Below, one piece after another: positions 47,662 through 62,008 of a DNA stretch of 64,000 nucleotides; positions within the stretch are counted from its first letter, which is position 1, and each line of letters starts with the position of its first letter. Under the pieces are notes generated by a model, which was not told the DNA's origin, ran no database searches, and saw only the letters and a list, made by a program, of their open reading frames with translations. Both the position numbers and the translations under genes were made by a program. The stretch comes from Hormiphora californensis (taxonomy: Eukaryota > Animalia > Ctenophora). The stretch lies in the NCBI GenBank assembly GCA_020137815.1, contig CM035355.1:3410001-3474000 (forward strand). Reading direction: 5' to 3'.

Positions 47662-50618
47662 GAGAGCAGGTTCTTGCCGAGGATACATAACAATCAATAT
47701 CGAAAACATGTTGACGAGAAAAACTTCTCTAGAAACAAGATGTGAGGACAATACAGACCTAACAAGAACGAATCAAGAATTCTCATGTTCCAACAAAACA
47801 TGGACCATGGAAGATATATTTGAAGTGGAGAATATGAAATTCAGCATGACAAAATAAACCGACCAAGACCATGTCTGTGTTTTATATAAATAACGAGTAT
47901 ATGGGAAGATTAGTTTGCGGGCTGACACATCACGTTGTTGTCTTGCGAAGCGGGATTCTTGGCAAGCAAGCTACACCCAAAACGCTTCACAAAAATGACA
48001 CCAATTAAGAACTAAGAAGGGAGGAGGGAACATTTTACCCATCTTTCTTACTCAACAAATCATCCATGGGAATGAACATTTATAAAATCATAAAAAGTTA
48101 TTGGCCTTGCAAAACTCCAGAGAATCGGGCAATGGTCTGGCCGTGAAAAACAAACAAAGTCTCGTGGCTACGAAGAGGGTATGAAATATAGAAATAGAGA
48201 AACAACTTGGAAGATGGAGGACGATCCTAATTAGATTTCCACTGCAGGATATATTTTATAACTATGAACAGAAAATATGAACAGAAAATATGAAACTAGC
48301 TAGTCCATGTTTATATATCTGATATATATTTGGAGCAACAAATCGTACGATTTTCTACCATCTAATTACTTCCTGACCTATCTAATATACTGCTAGAACT
48401 GATTTGATCTGAATCATGAAATAATTTGTCACGTGTACGCGAATTGCAATCATAATTTGACAACTTCAAGAACTAGTGCGAGACGTGTTTAACCTGTTAT
48501 AAGAGCATTGGCATGACCCTATTCCCATTTCTTTTGCGTGAGAACTGTGGTTAGGGCATTCATGGCCTGACAGTTTTTTTACTGCTTGGGCTATCACTAT
48601 CAGAGTCGCAGCAGTACGATACCAACTTTAGCCCACAATAGAATTATTGAGGTCGACATGTGTGCCAACTTGTTTCCTAATTACCACAACCTTGCTCGAC
48701 CCTCCCTTACCCACTGTGAAAAGGGTTAGAGCATAACAACCACAACCCACACCTTGAGTTACTCAACCGTTAGGAAAAGCAACGAAGCTATCAAGCTATC
48801 TGACCGCGGCTCTATGTGAAAGAAATGAGAATAGGGTAAAGAATAGGCCAATGCAAATGCTAATCTGACACTGAAAGCAGAGGGACAAAGCAGAAGTTCA
48901 GTGAATTGAGCCAAGAGAACATCTATAATAGATGTCATCTAGATGCTTGCCAAACCAATCCCCTTCAATCCTGACTCTCTCTCTCTATCTCTCTCTCTCT
49001 CTCTCTGGATTTCATCTACTCAGACTCTTGACTAACAAAGCTTGATAGACCTTATAGATCTTTTAGATCTGTCCAGACAGAATGAATGACATTGTCAGAA
49101 ATACGAAACTGTCAGTCGTCACAATGATAGTACTCTCATCTGTACACATGAATCATGTACGGATTCATTGACATTATCTCTGTTTAGTAGTAGTAGTTTA
49201 CTTGGGAATGGTCAATACAGTCGGGCGCCGATTTAAAGTGGCATCCTCGGGGTCTAACTAGCAAGTTATTTAACGACATGATCATCGATCAATCATCAAG
49301 TCACCGAGATATGAGCATTACCTAGCGAGTAAAAGATTTAATTTAGACAAATATGGTGTGTGTATAACTGGATAAGCACGTATCAAATTGAAATACAATT
49401 GAAATCTGAAAGCGCGACGTCGAAACTCGCCGCATAGTTTTTGCGCGACGCTTCGGGTCACGCTTAACATAATTACATCCTTTTCTACCCCCTCCCCCCA
49501 TGTAACTTTGTGCCCAAATTTAAATGGACATATCATCAACTTCATAAATAATTAAATGTGTTGCAAAATGAGTTTTTGGGCCCGGTCAATAGATAAGTTC
49601 AAAACCCTGGTTCCAAATTTGGCTAGAATTAAAACCACCATAAACTTGCATGTTATAGATCTAGCAACATCACCAACCTGATGGCTGATTTATCTTGAAG
49701 CTGCCCTGAAGTTTATCCAACTGTCCGGCATGGCAAGTCCCTGTCCAATCCAAGTCTTTACACAAATCAAATCCCCTGCCTGAAAGTAAGTTTTCGGATG
49801 ATGATGAGTTGTGGAAAATGGAAATGATATGGGTGTCATTATCACTGATATGATGATGATTATGTGCTAGTTGCAACGGATGTATTTGGAGTCTGGGCAA
49901 AAGTTTCCTCTCAGTCTCACCTCTGGCCCTGTGATCCCGTTCCGAACACCGTATGTGACCCTTAGTGACGTTGACACCTGTGCGTGCAAGATCGAAGTGA
50001 TTAGGTGGCAATTATGGTTCCAAATGTGATCTCCTTGCCCATAATACCCAAACTATATTTTAGGCGCAGTTATGCCCTAGTTTGGCCGTGTTCAATTGTT
50101 GAGAAAATCAAAACAGAAATATAACCAGCGGGAAAGTTAAAAAGGAACGGAACACATGCGATCAATAAGCAGCGAACAATTTAGCAGCGATTTGGACTCA
50201 ACAAGATCTTGCCTTTGGCCTATGGTTTTAGTAAACAAAGGCAAGATCTTGCCCTTAGGCTGTCTGGCGGCTCCAGATGGGGTCGCGGCGCCAGACAGCC
50301 CTTGAGTCAGTTGGCTTCATAATCGAGACACGTCATTATATGGTTTGATACCAGAGCTTTACTTTAGATCATGTGGATATAACTCTGGGTTACAAACCTG
50401 TGACCTCAAATATCTTCTTCTTCTTTGACCACACAGCTCTGATCATCCGCTTCATATCAACCCGATATTATTAATTAAACTGTCCTGGATTCATTTCTCA
50501 TTGGAAATTGTCTTGAGTTCATTGATCCTCTTTTCCGAGTAAAAAAGTAATAAATTATCACATATCAGCTCCTGATATGCCCAATGAACAATTCAAAGCA
50601 CCTCCTGAATCTGATCAA

Positions 50619-53600
50619 TTATTCCGATGATGTCGATGTCGATTGTTTGTGAGCGGGAATCTTAACATCAGGGGAGTCCAGGTTTTTTAGTAGCTCGTTG
50701 AAGTCAAAGAACATGGGGTTGTGGTTGAAGGTCCGGACTAGTTTATACCGCTCCTGGTCGATCCTGTAGTACATCTGCAACTGGTTCGCTAGGAACACTG
50801 CCTCCTGAAAGGGGGAGGGAGTTGAATTAGGAAATGTATGTTTTGTACTTGCGTGGGGGTTGCGTCCAAGACGATAACCCATGCCTGAAATTGGGGTAAA
50901 GCCCAATTTACCAGATCTAGTCCTAAAACGTACCGCACTGGTAAGTGGTGCCTTGTAGACCCCTCTCATCAACACGATCTCTTTTGTTTGCTGGTAGTCA
51001 ACATAGTGGAACAGCTCCAATAAAGGCGGGGCTGATCCTTGCAGTGCCTGGACAAAATAACGGTATTAGTGGGATGCAAAACAACACATGGGGTACAAAA
51101 ACAGGGCAGGGAATTAAAGGAACGAGAGGATGGAGGGGTGGGGTTTTAAATATAGTTGGCGACAGAGGGTTCACTGTCAACAGTGAATTTGAAGAATGTG
51201 AAAGTAAGCCAATGAGATGAATATATACCTTGAACGCCTCGAGAGTAGTGAAGGACACCCTGTGCTGGTGAAATTCAGAGTACATCATCTCAAATCCACC
51301 GGAATCCTTCGGGATCGCATACACAAACTGCAGGGGAAGAAAGGAAATGTGTTGTCTGGTGTTGTCTGTTAGTACACACATCAAAACGCTGTTCAGTTGT
51401 CTAATATTCACATCACAGTCTCTGATCTAAAGTTATTCAGTTAATTGGCATTTTAATTAGTCGTTATAATTACCCGGGGACATGTCTTAGATTTGGCCTC
51501 TATCTCAGCGTAGTGCATGGAGGGTATGACACCACATACAAACCCCTCCTTCTGCTGGTGATACTCGTTCCATACCTTACTGACCTGTACGTGAAACACG
51601 TGTAATTGTAGTTCAACAATAAATTACAAGCTGCTCGTAGCATTTGTCCGAGTCTAAGTCTAACAAAGACTTGGAGTACGTCTATAGACGTTGGTGAGAG
51701 TGGCATCTTGAAAGGGTCGAATCGCGGACAAATAAATTCTGAAATCTCCAATATACAGGCGTACTATTACTATAAAAGGACTGCTGGGAATGAGCTGGTG
51801 ATGAACTATACCTCTTCAGCAGATGCGTCCTTGAGAAGTTCTGTCTTCACAATACTGTCCAGGGTATGTCCAGGAATGTCACTTCCAATACCTAGCGTTC
51901 CACCCAACTTCCTGGGAAGAATTGAAACATTTTAATTAGAGATAAATCTCAAATACAGCTGTAATATTTCGTTATAGTTAGAGATATATGAACATTAGAC
52001 ATGTTGGTAATATACCAATTCTTGGTGTTCGAAGGAAATAGCGCTAATTAGCGGTTTTAATAGCGCTAATTAGCGCTAATTAGCGATAGCGCTATTTATC
52101 GATAGCGCTAATAGCGCTAATAATAGCGCTATTTCACAAAATAGCGCTATTTTTGACCGCTAATTAGCGCTAATTAGCGATCAAAAATAGCGGCAATTAG
52201 CGGTAGCGCTATTTTAGCGCTTTTTGTAACCGCTAATCGGGCAATTTTAGTAAAAAAATAGCGCTATTAACACTTACAAAAATAGCGCTAATCAGCGCTA
52301 ATTAGCGCTAATTAGCGCTATTAACATTCTCAATTCATTTTGTTCGAACCGCTAATTAGCGCTATTTCCAATTTCATCAAAATATAGAAAACACTATGAT
52401 TGGATAATGTATGTCACGTGACAGAAATCCTGTCATGTGACGAAAAATAGCGCTAATTAGCGCTATTTTTGTAATCGCTAATTAGCGCTAATTAGCGCTA
52501 ATTAGCGCTAATTAGCGCTATTATCATTTTAAACGTTTATTATTTTGTTAATAGCGCTAATAAGCGCTAATTAGCGCTATTAATATTTTGCAAATAGCGC
52601 TAGTTAGCGCTTATTAGCGCTAATAAGCGCTAATTAGCGCTATTTGCAAAATATTAATAGCGCTAATTAGCGCTTATTAGCGCTATTATCAACTTAAACG
52701 TTTACTATTATGTTAATAGCGCTAATAAGCGCTAATTAGCGCTATTAATAATTTGCAAATAGCGCTAGTTAGCGCTTATTAGCGCTAATAAGCGCTAATT
52801 AGCGCTATTTGCATAATATAAATAGCGCTAATTAGCGCTAATTAGCGATATTATCAACTTAAACGTTTATTATTTTATTAATAGCGCTAATAAGCGCTAA
52901 TTAGCGCTATTAATATTTTGCAAATAGCGCTTATTAGCGCTAATAAGCGCTAATTAGCGCTAATTAGCGCTATTTGGAAAATATTAATAGCGCTAATTAG
53001 CGCTGATTAGCGCTATTATCAACTTAAACGTTTATTATTTTGTTAATAGCGCTAATAAGCGCTAATTAGCGCTATTAATATTTTGCAAATAGCGCTAGTT
53101 AGCGCTTATTAGCGCTAATAAGCGCTAATTAGCGCTATTTGCATATTATAAATAGCGCTAATTAGCGCTAATAAGCGCTATTATCAACTTAAACGTTTAT
53201 TATTTTATTAATAGCGCTAATAAGCGCTAATTAGCGCTATTTATATTTTGCAAATAGCGCTTATTAGCGCTAATAAGCGCTAATTAGCGCTATTTGGAAA
53301 ATATTAATAGCGCTAATTAGCGCTAATTAGCGCTATTATCAACTTAAACGTTTATTATTTCATTAATAGCGCTAATAAGCGCTAATTAGCGCTATTAATA
53401 TTTTGCAAATAGCGCTAGTTAGCGCTTATTAGCGCTAATAAGCGCTAATTAGCGCTATTTGCATATTATAAATAGCGCTAATTAGCGCTATTATCAACTT
53501 AAACGTTTATTATTTTGTTAATAGCGCTAATAAGCGCTAATTAGCGCTATTAATATTTTGCAAATAGCGCTAGTTAGCGCTTATTAGCGCTAATAAGCGC

Positions 53601-56600
53601 TAATTAGCGCTATTTGCATATTATAAATAGCGCTAATTAGCGCTAATTAGCGCTATTATCAACTTAAACGTTTATTATTTTGTTAATAGCGCTAATAAGC
53701 GCTAATTAGCGCTATTAATATTTTGCAAATAGCGCTAGTTAGCGCTTATTAGCGCTAATAAGCGCTAATTAGCGCTATTTGCATATTATAAATAGCGCTA
53801 ATTAGCGCTAATTAGCGCTATTATCAACTTAAACGTTTATTATTTTGTTAATAGCGCTAATAAGCGCTAATTAGCGCTATTAATATTTTGCAAATAGCGC
53901 TAAATAGCGCTTATTAGCGCTAATTAGCGCTATTTGCATATTATAAATAGCGCTAATTAGCGCTAATTAGCGCTATTATCAACTTAAACGTTTATTATTT
54001 TATTAATAGCGCTAATAAGCGCTAATTAGCGCTATTAATATTTTGCAAATAGCGCTAGTTAGCGCTTATTAGCGCTAATAAGCGCTAATTAGCGCTATTT
54101 GCATATTATAAATAGCGCTAATTAGCGCTATTATCAACTTATACGTTTATTATTTTGTTAATAGCGCTAATAAGCGCTAATTAGCGCTATTAATATTTTG
54201 CAAATAGCGCTAGTTAGCGCTTATTAGCGCTAATTAGCGCTATTTGCATATTATAAATAGCGCTAATTAGCGCTAATTAGCGCTATTATCAACTTAAACG
54301 TTTATTATTTTGTTAATAGCGCTAATAAGCGCTAATTAGCGCTATTAATATTTTGCAAATAGCGCTAGTTAGCGCTTATTAGCGCTAATTAGCGCTAACT
54401 AGCGCTATTTGCAAAATATTAATAGCGCTAATTAGCGCTTATTAGCGCTATTAATAAAATAGTTAACGTTTAAGTTGATAATAGCGCTAATAAGCGCTAA
54501 TTAGCGCTATTAATAATATGGAAATAGCGCTAATTAGCGCTTATTAGCGCTAATTAGCGCTAACTAGCGCTATTTGCAAAATATTAATAGCGCTAATTAG
54601 CGCTTATTAACGCTATTAATAAAACCGTTAACGTTTAAGTTGATAATAGCGCTAATAAGCGCTAATTAGCGCTATTAATAACATGGAAATAGCGCTAATC
54701 AGCGCTTATTAGCGCTAATTAGCGCTAACTAGCGCTATTTGCAAAATATTAATAGCGCTTATTAGCGCTATTAATAAAATAGTAAACGTTTCAGTTGAGA
54801 ATAGCGCTAATTAGCGCTAATTAGCGCTATTAATAATATGGAAATAGCGCTAATTAGCGCTTATTAGCGCTAATTAGCGCTAACTAGCGCTATTTGCAAA
54901 ATTATAATAGCGCTAATTAGCGCTTTTTAGCGCTATTAATAAAATAGTAAACGTTAAAGTTGATAATAGCGCTAATTAGCGCTATTAATAATATGGAAAT
55001 AGCGCTAATTAGCGCTTATTAGCGCTAATTAGCGCTAACTAGCGCTATTTGCAAAATATTAATAGCGCTTATTAGCGCTATTAATAAAATAGTTAACGTT
55101 TAAGTTGATAATAGCGCTAATAAGCGCTGATTAGCGCTATTAATAATATGAAAATAGCGCTAATTAGCGCTTATTAGTGCTAATTAGCGCTATTTGCAAA
55201 ATATTAATAGCGCTAATTAGCGCTTATTAGCGCTATTAATAAAATAGTTAACGTTTAAGTTGATAATAGCGCTAATAAGCGCTAATTAGCGCTATTAATA
55301 ATATGGAAATAGCGCTAATTAGCGCTTATTAGCGCTAATTAGCGCTAAGTAGCGCTATTTGCAAAATATTAATAGCGCTAATTAGCGCTTATTAGCGCTA
55401 TTAATAAAATAGTTAACGTTTAAGTTGATAATAGCGCTAATAAGCGCTAATTAGCGCTATTAATAATATGGAAATAGCGCTAATTAGCGCTAATTAGCGC
55501 TAACTAGCGCTATTTGCAAAATATTAATAGCGCTAATTAGCGCTTATTAGCGCTATTAATAAAATAGTAAACGTTTAAGTTGATAATAGCGCTAATTAGC
55601 GCTAATTAGCGCTATTAATAATATGGAAATAGCGCTAATTAGCGCTTATTAGCGCTAATTAGCGCTATTTGCAAAATATTAATAGCGCTAATTAGCGCTT
55701 ATTAGCGCTATTAATAAAATAGTTAACGTTTAAGTTGATAATAGCGCTAATAAGCGCTAATTAGCGCTATTAATAATATGGAAATAGCGCTAATTAGCGC
55801 TTATTAGCGCTAATTAGCGCTAACTAGCGCTATTTGCAAAATATTAATAGCGCTAATTAGCGCTTATTAGCGCTATTAATAAAATAGTTAACGTTTAAGT
55901 TGATAATAGCGCTAATAAGCGCTAATTAGCGCTATTAATAATATGGAAATAGCGCTAATTAGCGCTAATTAGCGCTAATTAGCGCTATTTGCAAAATATT
56001 AATAGCGCTAATTAGCGCTTATTAGCGCTATTAATAAAATAGTAAACGTTTAAGTTGATAATAGCGCTAATTAGCGCTAATTAGCGCTATTAATAATATG
56101 GAAATAGCGCTAATTAGCGCTTATTAGCGCTAATTAGCGCTAACTAGCGCTATTTGCAAAATATTAATAGCGCTAATTAGCGCTTATTAGCGCTATTAAT
56201 AAAATAGTAAGCATTAAAGTTGATAATAGCGCTAATTAGCGCTATTAATAATATGGAAATAGCGCTTATTAGCGCTTATTAGCGCTAATTAGCGCTAACT
56301 AGCGCTATTTGCAAAATATTAATAGCGCTTATTAGCGCTATTAATAAAATAGTTAACGTTTAAGTTGATAATAGCGCTAATAAGCGCTAATTAGCGCTAT
56401 TAATAATATGAAAATAGCGCTTATTAGCGCTAATTAGCGCTAACTAGCGCTATTTGCAAAATATTAATAGCGCTAATTAGCGCTTATTAGCGCTATTAAT
56501 AAAATAGTTAACGTTTAAGTTGATAATAGCGCTAATTAGCGCTAATTAGCGCTATTAATAATATGCAAATAGCGCTAATTAGCGCTACTTTTAAATTGTC

Positions 56601-57751
56601 TATAGCGCTGATCAGCGCTATTAACAAAATATACATTCATTATTTTTTTAAATGCGCTAAATAGCGCTAATTAGCGCTATTAATATTTTGCAAATAGCGC
56701 TAGTTAGCGCTTATTAGAGCTAATAAGCGCTAATTAGCGCTATTTGCAAAATATTAATAGCGCTAATTAGCGCTTATTAGCGCTATTATCAACTTAAACG
56801 TTTACTATTATGTTAATAGCGCTAATAAGCGCTAATTAGCGCTATTAATAATTTGCAAATAGCGCTAGTTAGCGCTTATTAGCGCTAATAAGCGCTAATT
56901 AGCGCTATTTGCAAAATATTTATATCGCTAATTAGCGCTAATTAGCGCTATTAACAAAGTAATATACATATATTGTGTTAATAGCGCTAATTAGCGCTAT
57001 TTACAAATTGTTGATAGCGCTAATTAGCGCTAATTAGCGCTATTTAGCGCTTATTAGCGCTAGTTAGCGGTATTTTCATATTGTTAATAGCGCTAATTAG
57101 CGCTAATTAGCGCTATTTTGTAAATAAAAATAGCTAATCTTTAAGAAATGGCGCTAATTAGCGGTTACAGATTTTGACCAATCATAAGGATTTATTTAAT
57201 CACGTGATCAACGCCAACCAATCATGGCTTAGATACGTCAAATAGCGATGTCTCTTAAATAGCGCTATTTCAAAATTTTTAGGACCGCTATTTGAATAGC
57301 GGTGTTATCAAATTTGAAATTAACACAAAATTTAGAACCGCTATTTTTCTACAAAAATAGCGCTATTTTTAAGTGCAAAAAGCGCTAAAATAGCGCTACC
57401 GCTAATTACCGCTATTTGTGACCGCTAATTAGCGCTAATTAGCGGTCACAAATAGCGCTATTTTATAAAATAGCGCTATTATTAGCGCTTCTAACACTTT
57501 TTATAAATATCGAAATCTTAGATAGCGCTAATTAGCGCTAATTAGCGCTAATTAGCGCTCTTAAAATCGCTAATTAGCGCTATTTCCTTCGAACACCAAG
57601 AATTGGTATATTACCGACATGTTGTCTGTCACTGCCAGACAAGTTGTTGTGATAACAAACAATTGAAATACAATACACTGTACAAACACGTGTATAACAG
57701 GTCCGATCTATTTGAATTACACTGGTTTTGTTGCTGATTCGTCTTAGGTGG

Positions 57752-57790
<39 letters not shown>

Positions 57791-57815
57791 GCATGCCTGT
57801 CTGCCTGTCTGTCTA

Positions 57816-57893
<78 letters not shown>

Positions 57894-57982
57894 CCATATC
57901 TGTCTGTCTGCTACCTGTAGAAAGAGATGGAGCCAACACGAGACCGCATTCCCGCTGTTTTGGTAATGAACCGATTCAACAT
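50619..57982 (-). CDS. ATPAF1: ATP synthase mitochondrial F1 complex assembly factor 1 (ATP11 family), 6 exons, about 225 aa
   Basis: Exons 57982-57915, 51911-51812, 51584-51474, 51327-51229, 51047-50934 and 50804-50619. Arg-rich, acid-free presequence MLNRFITKTAGMRSRV. TLDSIVKTELLKDASAEEVSKVWNEYH, CPRFVYAIPK, EIVLMRG, EAVFLANQLQMYY and LVRTFNHNPMFFDF match ATP11 motifs. Confidence 0.88.
51999..57622. mobile_element. 5.6-kb foldback-like element with about 230-bp TIRs and an internal satellite, in ATPAF1 intron 1
   Basis: ACATGTTGGTAATATACCAATTCTTGGTGTTCGAAGGAAATAGCGC at 51999 mirrors ...TTTCCTTCGAACACCAAGAATTGGTATATTACCGACATGT ending at 57622. No ORF inside. Confidence 0.85.
52450..57120. 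repeat. Satellite of 10-bp TAATTAGCGC subunits in 145-165-bp higher-order units
   Basis: Landmark TTATCAACTTAAACGTT recurs about 12 times forward (52520-54300), about 14 times reverse (54466-56525) and once more forward (about 56786). Confidence 0.95.
57754..57910. repeat. (TCTG)n microsatellite beside the ATPAF1 exon 1 donor
   Basis: Seen directly; it explains the QTDR/LSVC ORFs. Confidence 0.97.
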
Positions 57983-58740
57983 ATTTTACCTTGCTATTGG
58001 ATGGAGATGTGTTGTCAACGGAAAACCATATATTCTCTAAATCTTATTCAGTAAAGCAAGAAAGGTGTTAATTTAAAACACTAAATCGGATATATTTTCT
58101 GATCAAATAAAAGTATTTTCACACAAAACTCTCTTCAGTCTTGTTCAACTCTTGTTCAACTCTTGTTCAGTATACAAGTTACAATAGTTAGTAGTTACAA
58201 TAAAAACACCCGCGACATATTCAGCATACACAATACGTGTAATAGACACTCTAAAACTCTGGCGCGTTACACCAGTCCACCGGTCTCTTTCTCTCCATAT
58301 AGCCTTCCCTTGGCATAATGGAGCTACATGGCTGTTTAGGCAAGTATGCGAAATTACCTCAAAACTGTATTTATACTTTTGTTTGACTTTGTAAAAAATG
58401 CAAATGGTTATAGAGACTCTACCTGGATAGGAGGAGCGCTTTAATACTGATACATTTGTTTTAGACGTGTGTAATAGACTGATACATGCAAACACATATC
58501 TCCAGGAGATCTTTTGATCGCTCGATCGCTAATATTTGGCTTAATAAGCTTGGATACGTGTGTGATGTGGTCTCTCTTCGCTCTCTCCCTCTCTTCTCTC
58601 TATCTCTCTCTCTCCTGATCTCTCTCTCTCGGCTGGCCCAACGGCAATAGGATTTAATGATATATATTGGTTGAGATTCGTACAGCGAATTATTCCGGAT
58701 ATTAGTTGGAAAACTTAATCTTTGTAATCTACACATTAAG

Positions 58741-58815
<75 letters not shown>

Positions 58816-59520
58816 AGATGAGAGAGAGAGAGATCGAGAGAGAGAGTATCTAGTCATAGGAGCACGAGAGCGCTCTAGAGCTCTCGAGCGCCCGCCCGCT
58901 AGCGCGCGATACCATCTTCGCGCTCGCTCTAATCTCCTCTTCATAGCTAGATCTATAGAGGAGAGAAAGTCTGGGAACTCATTATCCAGTAAAATGTTGC
59001 AGTTGCATTAGAATCGAATCGTGATTCGTGCATAATATGCGTCCGCCTGCATGAGAGGTCCTAGGTAAATGTTAATGAATTATCAAATATTTCTATCATC
59101 TACTCTGTCACGAACAAGTTAGGATCATTTTTCTAGTTTCCTTTTGCTGATATTTTATATTGTATGTATTCATGTGGATTCTTTTAGCCTAATTTAGTTC
59201 GAAATCCAGAGAATGAGAGGTAGTTATAGGTACCCGTACAGTGATTGGATTGAGTTTCGACTAAATGGTATAAACGTACATGTTCGTGTGACAAAGTTGA
59301 ACCTATAGTTAGCATCCCGGCCTGCCATGAGCCACCTGAATCATAGTTCTTCACGAGAACTGGCCAGATCAGCTATACAGCTCAGTTTCTGAGCACACAA
59401 GAGGTCATCTGAGCACATAAGAGGTCCTATGCGCACACAAGAGGTCCTCCATTAATTGCAGAATATTCTCCCACTATTATATACGGTTCAGCTATTAATC
59501 ACAATACATGGCAGAGTTAC

Positions 59521-61770
<2,250 letters not shown>

Positions 61771-62008
61771 CTGAAACACACGTGTGGAAGTAAAACAATC
61801 GCTCAGAGTTCATACCCTCTACGGAGTAGAAACACACGTGGAGGTATTAAAACATTGCTTAGAACCTCTACCGCTGTGTTTCTACTACGTATAAGAGGGC
61901 CTCTAGGTACGTAGTAGAAACACACGTGGAGGTAAAAACATTGCAATATAAATTTTAATCTATGGCCCCGGCCCTTGAGACTAGTTTAAAAGTGGTTATG
62001 GCGGGGAA

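Noticed and set aside
45560-48950. Hidden gene between the LINE and ATPAF1
   Set aside because: No phase-consistent exon chain or recognisable motif found by eye; small exons cannot be excluded.
51585-51763. ORF 51500..51751 as an ATPAF1 exon
   Set aside because: ATP11 homology runs directly from SAEE (51812) to VSKVW (51584), so this stretch is intron.
52450-57120. CRISPR-like array
   Set aside because: Spacers between the AGCGCT repeats are themselves repeated, the context is a eukaryotic intron and there are no cas genes.
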